A stretch of DNA of 37,857 nt, taken from Candidatus Liptonbacteria bacterium. GTDB lineage: Bacteria; Patescibacteriota; Minisyncoccia; UBA6257; 2-01-FULL-56-20. Of the stretch, positions 1-7,673 are shown in pieces (position 1 is the stretch's first letter; every line of letters starts with the position of its first letter). The position numbers and the translations under genes were made by a program. The notes beneath the pieces were generated by a model. The model made no database searches. It was given only the letters and a program-made list of their open reading frames with translations, and had not been told where the DNA came from. The stretch covers positions 1 through 37,857 of the forward strand of contig JACRFR010000045.1 in assembly GCA_016212635.1 (NCBI GenBank), read 5' to 3'.

Positions 1-480
1 GTCGTAGCCTTGGTGGGCCATTACCCCGCCAACTAGCTGATCGGGCCTAGGCCGATCTCGGAGCGTCTTGCGACTTTAATCGTACCTCGCTGCTGCAAGG
101 CACCGCTGATTTACGCAGATTATTACGCTGATTTACGCAGATGAATTTTTGAATCCATCCGCGGCTATCCGCGTGTATTTTCTATCTGCGTTTATCCGCG
201 GTGCTTCACAATAGTGAAGCACGATACCATCGGGAATTACCTCACCTTTCGATGAGCTATGCCCGACTCCGAGGTACGTACCAGGGTGTTACTAACTCGT
301 TCGCCGCTGCGCGCGCACAGCGCGCTCATCAGCGAATTACAAATTTATTACGAATTTACGAATTCGCAAATTCGGTTTTTATTCGTTATTCGTTGATAGC
401 GTGCTGCGCACGCACCGCTCGACTTGCATGCCTTATCCACGCCGCCAGCGTTCATCCTGGACCAGGATCAAATCCTCTGA
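1..480 (-). rRNA. rrs: 16S rRNA, 5' ~480 nt (gene continues past window start), with two large hairpin expansions
   Basis: The reverse complement of 440-478 reads AGAGGATTTGATCCTGGTCCAGGATGAACGCTGGCGGCGTG, the universal 16S 5' end. The reverse complement of 1-38 reads AGCTAGTTGGCGGGGTAATGGCCCACCAAGGCTACGAC (E. coli ~240-290). The span is ~480 nt versus ~290 nt in E. coli. Confidence 0.9.
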
Positions 481-604
481 AAAAGAAACAGTTTGGGACA
501 ACTGCAAAACTCTCTGCTCGCCCCGCTAAGCGGGGCTTTCCATGTGCGATTATCAAGCTGCAATCGAGACTAGAGAAAAATAGCGCGATTTCAGTCGCGG
601 GGTA

Positions 605-632
605 AGTATATCCCCCACAGTTGACTTGTCAA
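605..632 (-). promoter_or_regulatory. Candidate sigma-70 promoter for the rRNA operon (TTGACA-16-TATACT)
   Basis: On the minus strand, -35 TTGACA is the reverse complement of 627-632 and -10 TATACT is the reverse complement of 605-610, with a 16-bp spacer. It lies ~120 nt upstream of the 16S 5' end. Confidence 0.5.
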
Positions 633-649
633 GACAAGATCGATACAAT
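621..649 (+). promoter_or_regulatory. Candidate sigma-70 promoter for rpmE (TTGACT-17-TACAAT)
   Basis: TTGACT at 621-626, a 17-bp spacer, TACAAT at 644-649, and the rpmE ATG at 680. Confidence 0.55.
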
Positions 650-679
650 TGGCGCGTTGAACTAAACTAATTCGCATAT

Positions 680-934
680 ATGAAAAAGGATCTTCACCCC
701 AAGTACTATCCCGACGCCAAGGTTCGCTGCTCCTGCGGAACTACTTTTGAGGTGGGCGCGGCCAAGCCGGAAATCCGAGTGGAAATCTGTTCCCAGTGCC
801 ATCCTTTTTACACCGGGGAGCAGAAATTGATAGATACGGCCGGTCGGGTGGAACGCTTCCATGCTCGCCGCACCAAGGCGAAAGTGGCACCCAAGCCAGT
901 TAAGAAACCGCGCGTCAAAAAGAACGTCAAGTAG
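680..934 (+). CDS. rpmE: 50S ribosomal protein L31 (Zn-ribbon type)
   Basis: [10 protein letters not shown]...CSCG...[10 protein letters not shown] matches the L31 signature. Confidence 0.93.
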   Translation: MKKDLHPKYYPDAKVRCSCGTTFEVGAAKPEIRVEICSQCHPFYTGEQKLIDTAGRVERFHARRTKAKVAPKPVKKPRVKKNVK

Positions 935-966
935 AGCGCGAGTCTACAAGGTTCGACCCCTCCGCT

Positions 967-987
967 CCTCCCCTTAGCAAGGGGAGG
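967..987. repeat. CCTCCCC-TTAGCAA-GGGGAGG hairpin between convergent genes; member of a recurring palindrome family, possible terminator
   Basis: 7-bp perfect stem. The same core (CCCCTCCTTAGnAAGGAGGGG-like) recurs at 6636-6660, 8599-8619, 12170-12200 and 33085-33180. Confidence 0.5.
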
Positions 988-1000
988 TTAGGTGGGGTAG

Positions 1001-1393
1001 TTACTTCCCGAGCAATTTCTGGACCTTCCCTACCAATACATCCAAATCCTCCGTCTTGTCGATGAAGTCCTCCACGCCTAGCTCCTTACTGACTTCGCCT
1101 TTAGAACCAGACAAGGCCGGCCAAGGATCTTTGAGGCTGGACAAGAAAACGATGCGGATATTTTTGGTCTTGGGATTTTGTTTGAGCTCCAGCGCCGCAT
1201 CCGTACCGGTGGCGCCCGGCATGTGGATGTCCATCAGGATCAGATCGGGCATGATCTGCTCCGCCTTGGCCACACCCTCCTTGGCATTGGGGGCAGTGTC
1301 GGTCGCATAGCCGCTGGCCGTCAGCTTAGTGGCAACCAGCTTCCGCAAATCTTCGTCATCGTCGACCATCAAAATCAGGGGTTTGTCGCGCAT
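1001..1393 (-). CDS. Single-domain response regulator (CheY-like receiver only)
   Basis: ILMVDDDEDLRKL...DLILMDIHMPGATG...IVFLSS is the receiver-domain pattern. At 130 aa there is no output domain. Confidence 0.85.
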   Translation of the reverse strand: MRDKPLILMVDDDEDLRKLVATKLTASGYATDTAPNAKEGVAKAEQIMPDLILMDIHMPGATGTDAALELKQNPKTKNIRIVFLSSLKDPWPALSGSKGEVSKELGVEDFIDKTEDLDVLVGKVQKLLGK

Positions 1394-1538
1394 GTTATTT
1401 AGAGTTATTAGAAATATACCCTTTTCGACATCAGGTTAAGTATAGCATAAACGACCCGGCAACACCTGCACACACGGCAATCCATCTGCGAGTTTCACGA
1501 CGATCGTTTTCAAACTCGCAATTAAGTAATGGGGCGAA

Positions 1539-1567
1539 TTGAAAGCCAGCGGATATTTCTCTATACT
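1539..1567 (+). promoter_or_regulatory. Candidate promoter for prfA (TTGAAA-17-TATACT), located inside the longest ORF
   Basis: TTGAAA at 1539-1544 and TATACT at 1562-1567. This places the transcription start near 1574, so translation most likely begins at ATG 1586 or 1601. Confidence 0.5.
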
Positions 1568-1585
1568 ACAAGCACTTTAAAAATT

Positions 1586-2326
1586 ATGAAGCGTATCATC
1601 ATGGAAATTCGAGCTGGGACTGGCGGAGACGAAGCTGGGCTTTTCGCCGGAGATCTGACGCGCATGTACCAGCGCTATGCCGCCAAGCGAGGCTGGGCGT
1701 TCAATATCCTGGATTCTAACGAGTCCTCCTTGAATGGCTATAAATCGCTAGTGGCCGAAATCTCCGCCGGAGGCGGACCCTCCTCCGGAGGGCGCGGTCC
1801 CTATGATGATTTGAAACAAGAGTCGGGCGTGCACCGGGTACAACGTATCCCTAAAACCGAAAAAGCTGGGCGGGTACATACTTCCACCGCGACCGTGGCG
1901 GTCCTGCCGATGGTGGAGCCCAAGCAAGTGGAAATTCGAGACAGCGATCTGGAAGTCAGCTTCTCCCGTGCCGGCGGCCCGGGCGGGCAAAACGTGAACA
2001 AGATCGAGTCGGCGGTCCGAATCCTGCATAAGCCTACCGGTATCGTTATCTCCTGCCGAGTGGAGCGTTCCCAGTATGCCAACCGCGAGCGGGCATTGGA
2101 GATCCTGCGCGCAAAACTTTTTGAGGCGCAGCAAACCAGAGACACGGGCTCGGTCGGCGACCTGCGCCGGGAGCAGATCGGCTCCGCCGACCGTTCGGAA
2201 AAGATCCGGACCTACAACTTCCCGGACGACCGAATTACTGACCACCGTATCGGTAAAAAGTGGCACAACATCGAAAAGATCATGGAGGGCGAGCTGGATC
2301 CGATAATTAAGGCATTTTCGCAGTAG
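1586..2326 (+). CDS. prfA: Peptide chain release factor 1 lacking N-terminal domain 1 (~246 aa)
   Basis: IRAGTGGDEAGLFA, RIPKTE (P-x-T tripeptide), GGPGGQNVNK (GGQ) and RTYNFPDDRITDHRI are present. The ORF track gives 1529..2326; the start was trimmed because of the internal promoter. There is no coding room upstream for domain 1. Confidence 0.85.
   Translation: MKRIIMEIRAGTGGDEAGLFAGDLTRMYQRYAAKRGWAFNILDSNESSLNGYKSLVAEISAGGGPSSGGRGPYDDLKQESGVHRVQRIPKTEKAGRVHTSTATVAVLPMVEPKQVEIRDSDLEVSFSRAGGPGGQNVNKIESAVRILHKPTGIVISCRVERSQYANRERALEILRAKLFEAQQTRDTGSVGDLRREQIGSADRSEKIRTYNFPDDRITDHRIGKKWHNIEKIMEGELDPIIKAFSQ
1761..1790. repeat. In-frame CTCCGG/CCGGAG palindrome cluster inside prfA
   Basis: tctccgccggaggcggaccctcctccggag encodes the extra segment SAGGGPSSGG, between the conserved EIS and the HRVQR block. 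Confidence 0.5.
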
Positions 2327-2392
2327 CAAGTTTCTCCTTCTCCTTTTTTCAAGGAGTAAAATTGCTATATACTCAACTCGCTGGAAGCTGAG

Positions 2393-2929
2393 TCAAGTCG
2401 CGCTTAGAATTTTTAGTTTGATTTCCTTACCGCCGATCAGGAGCGGTGCGACATCCTCTGCTTTCTTGCCTAAGAGCGCCCGGCCCAGCGGCGCTTTGGG
2501 AGTTATCACCAGAACGTTCTGGCCATCAACTTCCGCCACCGTGCCGCCACTCCCATTTAGCACCAGGTGCCAAGCCGTTTTACCCTCGCGCTCCACGGAA
2601 ACCAGCGAACCCGGCTGGATTGTTTCGCCAGCCGGAGCATCTCCATACTCTCCCCTTGGCCGATCGGCCAAGGGGAGATTATGAGTTTGGCCTGAAGCCT
2701 GCACCTGTAATCTCACCAATTCCCTAATGGCCAGCTCCTTGTCCTGGATTAGCGTTACGAGTTCCCCGGCGCGCACCTGCATCTGGGCGCGGGTGGTGTC
2801 GCTATGGGATTCCATGGCACCGGGTGCCTCTTGCGCCGCCCGCCGGGTGTCTTCCAAATTCCGCTTCAACTCCGCCTCTTCCTCACGAATCTTTTGCAGT
2901 ATCGCTTTGAGTACCAATTGCTTATTCAT
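2393..2929 (-). CDS. GreA/GreB-family protein (Gre-like C-terminal domain, atypical N-terminal coiled coil)
   Basis: The C-terminus ITPKAPLGRALLGKKAEDV is Gre-like. The N-terminus is a charged coiled coil. The gene ends with TGA. Confidence 0.6.
   Translation of the reverse strand: MNKQLVLKAILQKIREEEAELKRNLEDTRRAAQEAPGAMESHSDTTRAQMQVRAGELVTLIQDKELAIRELVRLQVQASGQTHNLPLADRPRGEYGDAPAGETIQPGSLVSVEREGKTAWHLVLNGSGGTVAEVDGQNVLVITPKAPLGRALLGKKAEDVAPLLIGGKEIKLKILSAT
2650..2677. repeat. 28-bp perfect palindrome embedded in frame in the Gre-like gene
   Basis: ctccccttggccgatcggccaaggggag is self-complementary and encodes part of NLPLADRPRGEYG. Confidence 0.7.
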
Positions 2930-2940
2930 GCTTGGTGTAG

Positions 2941-3459
2941 CTAACGCAAATCTTCCTTGACCGATTTCACTTGCAACAATTCCAACAATTCCAAAGACAG
3001 ACCGGAAGCGTATAAAGCATCCGCTTTGAGCAGCTCTTCCTCAATGCCAACATGAGGAATATCTCTAAGTTCCGCGACGCTAACCCAGCGATAGTCGGAA
3101 AAATCGGCGCTGATAGTGACCGGACCCTCTTCCTCCACTTCGCAAAGGTAGGAGAATGACTTGCTGGTTTGCCCGTCGGGACGATGAATTGCTTTGTCTT
3201 TCAGTAATATTTTTCCCGACTTCAACGCCAACCCCGCCTCTTCCTTAACTTCCTTGATCAGGGTTTCTTCGATGGTGTCGTTGCCCTCTACCTTGCCGCC
3301 TGGGAAAGTGTACATCCCGGGATAAGCGTGCTCGCACTCGGAACGTTTGAGCACCAAGTACTTGCCGGCGTTGTTCCGAATCACCGCCACCGCCGTAACA
3401 ATGTGTAACTTGTCCGTCTTAGCGTAGGACATCGTCCGTATATTCGCGTTATTTGCCAA
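2941..3459 (-). CDS. Nudix hydrolase
   Basis: Nudix box GGKVEGNDTIEETLIKEVKEEAGL. An alternative start lies at 3432 (MSYAK). The direct repeat tattcgcgttatt occurs twice at 3441-3474. Confidence 0.8.
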   Translation of the reverse strand: MANNANIRTMSYAKTDKLHIVTAVAVIRNNAGKYLVLKRSECEHAYPGMYTFPGGKVEGNDTIEETLIKEVKEEAGLALKSGKILLKDKAIHRPDGQTSKSFSYLCEVEEEGPVTISADFSDYRWVSVAELRDIPHVGIEEELLKADALYASGLSLELLELLQVKSVKEDLR

Positions 3460-3484
3460 TATTCGCGTTATTGGCGATTACTCT

Positions 3485-4546
3485 CTACTCCAACACCTCC
3501 GCCACTTGTCGAATGAAACTCACCACCACCGCGGGCGGCAGAAGACTGTAAGACGGCACACCCTCATCGTCCTTTACCACCCACGGCTCTTCCTTGACCG
3601 TAATTTGCCCCGTGCTTTCGTTTATCTCATAAGCGTAGGCGGGTGTAATCTCATAATCGTCAACATACTCCAGGGCCCGGTCGGCCGGCAGGGCGTTGCG
3701 TAAATACACCTTGGGCAAACCCTGGAGCTCCAAAAGGCGGTCGAAGATCTGGCCGTCCACCTCCAACCTGGCACGGATAGGTTCAATGCCCAAGCGATCG
3801 CCTTCTTTGGGCACCATGCGCGCTCCGTTGCACCCCGTCGCGTTACACTTCAGATAAAACTCTTTTTGTTCGGCATCATAACCAACTTCCTTGGTGGCCA
3901 AAAGTCGCGTATTGCGCGGCGTTTTACAGATAGGGCAAATTACTCGGTATTTGATGCGCTCGTCGATTATCGCATGCGGCAAGCTGATAAACACCAGAAA
4001 GTCGGGATCATTGCGATAACCGATCAGATCCCGCAAGTGCAGGGCGTAGCTGATCTGATCCAAGCCCCGCGGAAAGCCATCAATGAACACTGCCTGTCGC
4101 GGCCGCCGGCTAATTTCGTATTTGAGCAATGCCACGATCAGTTCCGATGATATCAGTTTTTCCTGACTGCGACCTTCGATCAAGTCAAAAGTCTCTTCTA
4201 CCGTGTGAAAACCGCGGTAGTTTTTATTCAGGAAGTCGGAGAGTTCCTGTTTGCGCGCGGGATTTGCCAAACTGTCGTGAATATCTCGGACAATGTCCCC
4301 CACTGCCACGTGGCCAATGTGTTCCGCGCCCACCGCCTCCATAAATAATTTGGAATAAGTCCCTTTGCCGGAATTTTTCTTACCGATTAAATAACCCACG
4401 AAGGTCTGGTCTGATAAATGCTTCCTAATCTTAGCTATAGCCTCTCCGCACTTGGCGTCAAAGTAGACACGCCGATCCGCCGGATCGTTTAAATTAAAGC
4501 GCTGGGTGACTCCCGCAGTTTTAGTTTTGTGAATCGGGAAATCCAT
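3485..4546 (-). CDS. Adenylate kinase-family protein with N- and C-terminal extensions
   Basis: P-loop GKKNSGKGT, IDGFPRG, and a LID-like RVICPICKTPRN...CNATGCNG are present. It is 353 aa versus ~215 aa for canonical Adk. Confidence 0.6.
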   Translation of the reverse strand: MDFPIHKTKTAGVTQRFNLNDPADRRVYFDAKCGEAIAKIRKHLSDQTFVGYLIGKKNSGKGTYSKLFMEAVGAEHIGHVAVGDIVRDIHDSLANPARKQELSDFLNKNYRGFHTVEETFDLIEGRSQEKLISSELIVALLKYEISRRPRQAVFIDGFPRGLDQISYALHLRDLIGYRNDPDFLVFISLPHAIIDERIKYRVICPICKTPRNTRLLATKEVGYDAEQKEFYLKCNATGCNGARMVPKEGDRLGIEPIRARLEVDGQIFDRLLELQGLPKVYLRNALPADRALEYVDDYEITPAYAYEINESTGQITVKEEPWVVKDDEGVPSYSLLPPAVVVSFIRQVAEVLE

Positions 4547-5979
4547 TATTTTTTGCCTTTAACGGTCTTTTCGACTATTTTTAAATGCAATTCTTCCAGC
4601 TGTTGCGGATCTACGGGACAAGGCGCGTCCATCACCGCGGTCTGGCCGCCGGAAGTCATCGGGAAGGCGATCACTTCGCGCAGCGACTCTTCGCCCGCCA
4701 AAAGCATGACATGCCGATCCAGGCCCAGAGCAATGCCGCCATGCGGGGGCGCGCCATATGAAAACGCTTCCAGCATGTGCCCCACGCTGGCTTCGATCTG
4801 TTCCTCGGTGTAACCCATGATGCGCAGGGTGGCGCGCAAAACTTCCGGGTCGTGGGCCCGGATACTGCCGCCGCCGACTTCATAGCCGTTACAAACCAGG
4901 TCATACTGGGTGGTCAGAATATCGCCGATATTCTTCCCGGCCAAATGATCCGTTAAATATTCCGGCATGGGCTGGCTGAACGGATTGTGGGTGAAGGTCC
5001 AGCCGCTCTTGCCGTCCCGAATCTCTGCCACATCCGCCCGATCCACTTTTTTGAAGAACGGGAAGTTGATCACCCAAGCAAAGGCCAACACTCCCTCCTT
5101 CTTTTCCTCTTCGGTCCGCAGGTCGAACTTATCCGCCTTGTACTTCTTCATCGCTTCGGCGTAAGCCACTACCGGGAACGGGTTTTGTTTTATTTTCCCG
5201 CCCACCTGCGTTACCGCTTGACGAACGACCTTTTCCACCATGGCCATAACATCCTGCTGCTCCACGAAACTCATCTCGATATCCACTTGGGTATGTTCGA
5301 AACCGCGGTCCGCTCGCAAATCTTCATCGCGGATACAGCGGGCGAATTGGAAATAGCGCTCCACGCCGGCAATCATTAGGAGCTGTTTATACTGCTGGGG
5401 CGATTGCGGTAAAGCGTAAAATTTCCCGGGCTGCATGCGCGACGGAACGATAAAATCCCGGGCGCCTTCTTTGGTTGCCTTGGTCAGCATGGGCGTCTCC
5501 ACTTCCGTAAAGCAGTTATCATAAAGGGCATCCCGGACGGCCCGAGCATATTTAGAGCGTAGCTGTAGAATCTTATTCAAGCGCGGGCGGCGTAGATCCA
5601 CGTAGCGATACCTTAAACGCACACTTTCGTCGATTTCATAGCCATCGCCATCGATCGGCAGGGGTAGAGGCTCGCTCGGGTTTAGGACGGTCAGGGCCTT
5701 GATCTCCACCTCGAAATTACCCGTGGGGAGATCCGGGTTCTCCATGCCCTTGGGCCGGCGCTTAACTTCGCCCTTAACGCGCACCGCCCATTCCGGCCGA
5801 ATTTTGCCCGCTTCTTGATAGAAGCTTTTCTCCGGCGTGATTACGCATTGCGCCACGCCGGAACGGTCACGCAAATCAAAGAAAATCAGTTTGCCATGAT
5901 CCCGCCGGGCATGGATCCAGCCCGCAAGCTCTGCCTCCTGACCAACTAGGCCAGTGATTTCATTAATGAGTGTGCGCAT
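4546..5979 (-). CDS. aspS: Aspartyl-tRNA synthetase, bacterial type but without the GAD insertion domain
   Basis: FFDLRDRSG, ALPQSPQQYKQLLM, FEHTQVDIEMSF and GGGSIR motifs are present. It is 477 aa. Its stop overlaps the downstream start as TAATG at 4544-4548. Confidence 0.9.
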   Translation of the reverse strand: MRTLINEITGLVGQEAELAGWIHARRDHGKLIFFDLRDRSGVAQCVITPEKSFYQEAGKIRPEWAVRVKGEVKRRPKGMENPDLPTGNFEVEIKALTVLNPSEPLPLPIDGDGYEIDESVRLRYRYVDLRRPRLNKILQLRSKYARAVRDALYDNCFTEVETPMLTKATKEGARDFIVPSRMQPGKFYALPQSPQQYKQLLMIAGVERYFQFARCIRDEDLRADRGFEHTQVDIEMSFVEQQDVMAMVEKVVRQAVTQVGGKIKQNPFPVVAYAEAMKKYKADKFDLRTEEEKKEGVLAFAWVINFPFFKKVDRADVAEIRDGKSGWTFTHNPFSQPMPEYLTDHLAGKNIGDILTTQYDLVCNGYEVGGGSIRAHDPEVLRATLRIMGYTEEQIEASVGHMLEAFSYGAPPHGGIALGLDRHVMLLAGEESLREVIAFPMTSGGQTAVMDAPCPVDPQQLEELHLKIVEKTVKGKK

Positions 5980-5995
5980 TCGGAAAATGACCGAA

Positions 5996-6021
5996 GAACT
6001 AATTAGTCTAATTATTCTAAG
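5996..6021. repeat. 26-bp sequence with an exact inverted copy at 17775-17800
   Basis: gaactaattagtctaattattctaag is the reverse complement of cttagaataattagactaattagttc. Confidence 0.85.
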
Positions 6022-6049
6022 GGGATTCTAATTCGTATATTCGTACTAA

Positions 6050-6078
6050 TTCGTATTTCGTAGCCAAATTGGTATAAT
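6050..6078 (+). promoter_or_regulatory. Candidate extended -10 promoter (TGgTATAAT) for the MgtC-family gene
   Basis: TG at 6070-6071 and TATAAT at 6073-6078. The -35 is weak (TTCGTA at 6050-6055). Confidence 0.4.
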
Positions 6079-6112
6079 TATCCGGTCGAAAGATTACTTT
6101 TAATATACATCG

Positions 6113-6613
6113 ATGCTGACCTTTTCGCAAATGCTGGTGCGGCTGGTGGTGTCCCTGATTTTAGGAGGACTGATGGGATTGGAGCGCGAAGTTTTGGGCA
6201 AGCAAGCGGGCGTGCGAACGTCCATGCTGGTTTCCGCGGGAGCGGCGATCTTTACTATGATTGCATTGGAGCTTCCGTTTCTGGTCAGTTCCGGCGGGGG
6301 TAATTTGCCAGATGTGTTGGCGCACAACAGCGGCTCTCTTAACGTGATCGCCAACATCGTAGTGGGTATCGGTTTTCTGGGTGCTGGTATCATTATCAAG
6401 ACGGGCGAGAAGGTACACGGCCTAACCACGGCCGCCTTGGTTTGGACCGTGGCGGGGATCGGCATACTGGTTGGGCTTGGCTACTTACCCTTCGCCATTG
6501 CCGCGGCGGTGATTATCCCCGGCACGATTTATATCTGGCGAAAATCTGGCATCTACGGGCGGTTCATCCCGGTGTCTGCGGCCGAACGGGAATCGGAGGA
6601 AAATTCTAGCTAA
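6113..6613 (+). CDS. MgtC/SapB-family membrane protein
   Basis: LILGGLMGLEREVLGKQAGVRTSMLVSAGAAIF is the MgtC-family signature. The protein is hydrophobic throughout. Confidence 0.8.
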   Translation: MLTFSQMLVRLVVSLILGGLMGLEREVLGKQAGVRTSMLVSAGAAIFTMIALELPFLVSSGGGNLPDVLAHNSGSLNVIANIVVGIGFLGAGIIIKTGEKVHGLTTAALVWTVAGIGILVGLGYLPFAIAAAVIIPGTIYIWRKSGIYGRFIPVSAAERESEENSS

Positions 6614-6615
6614 CC

Positions 6616-6724
6616 TTGAATTACGAAACTCCATCCTCCCCCTTGTTTAAGGGGGAGCCAGAGGGGGTCCTGGATTCTAGACCCCGCCTGACCTCGGGCA
6701 CAAAGTTACCAGTTTCGTAATTCC
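6616..6724. mobile_element. MITE-like element with ~13-17-bp terminal inverted repeats (GAATTACGAAACT)
   Basis: gaattacgaaact at 6618-6630 is the reverse complement of agtttcgtaattc at 6711-6723. There is an internal CCTCCCCC...GGGGGAG hairpin. Confidence 0.45.
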
Positions 6725-6890
6725 AGGTATATATGATTTTATCATGCTTTTCCGTGGTTTTCGCGGGATTGATTGACGAGCTGGTCACAAACTGCTAAGC
6801 TGGCCTTACAATTGAATCAGATGGTTTTTTAGGAATCCGTAGATGTTACGGGTTTTTTGTTAGGAAACATGCTGGTTCGGCGAGACATAA

Positions 6891-7367
6891 ATGAGCACTA
6901 TCTTAGTCAAAACAATCTCGATGGGGGTCGCCTCTTTGGCGCTCATCTCGCCGAGTTTCATCAATCCGCAATTCAGTTCCAATACTCCGAGTGCTGTAGC
7001 GTCGCAAGCGGATTTCTCCCAACCGACGCCGACCACTCAACCAGATGCCCTGGATGTTTGGTTGGAGCGTCTCGCCGAGTTGGAATCCCACGGCAAGGCC
7101 CAGTTGAAGATAGTAGATCATAACGGTTGGCATTCTTACAGTTGCTTGCAATTCCAAATGCCCACCTTTAAGGAGTACGTGGTTAAATACAACTTATTGC
7201 CGGAAGCAGAAGAGCCGGAATTGGAGAATATGATCTATGATTGCGATTTTCAGAAACAGCTGGCCAAGAAAATGCTGCTGGACGATCCCAGCAATTGGCA
7301 ACATTGGTATTTCTCGGTGATAGAAAAAGGGTTGGGCTTGCCGCCAATACATCTGGCAGAAAAATAA
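6891..7367 (+). CDS. Secreted small protein, possibly lysozyme/transglycosylase-like
   Basis: It has an N-terminal signal-like segment. ELESHGKAQLKIVDHNGWHSYSCLQFQ loosely resembles Rpf/SLT-type E-S...G...LQF cores. Confidence 0.4.
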   Translation: MSTILVKTISMGVASLALISPSFINPQFSSNTPSAVASQADFSQPTPTTQPDALDVWLERLAELESHGKAQLKIVDHNGWHSYSCLQFQMPTFKEYVVKYNLLPEAEEPELENMIYDCDFQKQLAKKMLLDDPSNWQHWYFSVIEKGLGLPPIHLAEK

Positions 7368-7380
7368 TGGAAAAGGCAGC

Positions 7381-7587
7381 TTACGCTGCCCTAAGAGTTA
7401 CCGCGACCACGGCCGACATCAGCGTTTCGGTGCGCTGATATTCGACCACCTGAATCGCGGTCACCTCTTGACCTTGGCCGCTGGCGGCCAAGGAAATTAG
7501 AGAGTTGAGGCGCGCTTCCAGCGCCTCATGTGTCGGCCGCTCATCCAGCGCGGCAGAGCTGGATGCCGAGAAAAAGCGAATTTTCAT
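7381..7587 (-). CDS. Small hypothetical protein (68 aa)
   Basis: AAGGAGG sits 7 nt upstream of the ATG at 7587. The longer ORF to 7629 is probably not used. Confidence 0.5.
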   Translation of the reverse strand: MKIRFFSASSSAALDERPTHEALEARLNSLISLAASGQGQEVTAIQVVEYQRTETLMSAVVAVTLRAA

Positions 7588-7605
7588 GACCACACCTCCT
7601 TGATT

Positions 7606-7614
7606 ATTATAACA
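7606..7614 (-). promoter_or_regulatory. Candidate extended -10 element (TGtTATAAT) for the 68-aa gene
   Basis: The reverse complement of attataaca is TGTTATAAT. Confidence 0.35.
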
Positions 7615-7630
7615 AATGTTAATCTCCAAG

Positions 7631-7667
7631 AAACAAACTCCCCCGACTTGAGTCGGGGGAGTTTTTT
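7631..7667 (-). terminator. Rho-independent terminator after RNase P RNA
   Basis: CTCCCCCGAC-loop-GTCGGGGGAG stem flanked by an A-run and a T-run. On the minus strand it reads stem + TTTGTTT. Confidence 0.75.
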
Positions 7668-7673
7668 ATGCGA

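Noticed and set aside
201-605. 134-aa plus-strand ORF at the start of the window
   Set aside because: It lies entirely within the 16S rRNA gene and its leader on the opposite strand. Its composition is repeat-derived and there is no protein-like pattern.
2393-2395. Alternative genetic code (UGA recoded, as in some CPR lineages)
   Set aside because: TGA terminates the Gre-like gene and mraZ at positions consistent with full-length proteins. No conserved gene in the window needs read-through of TGA.
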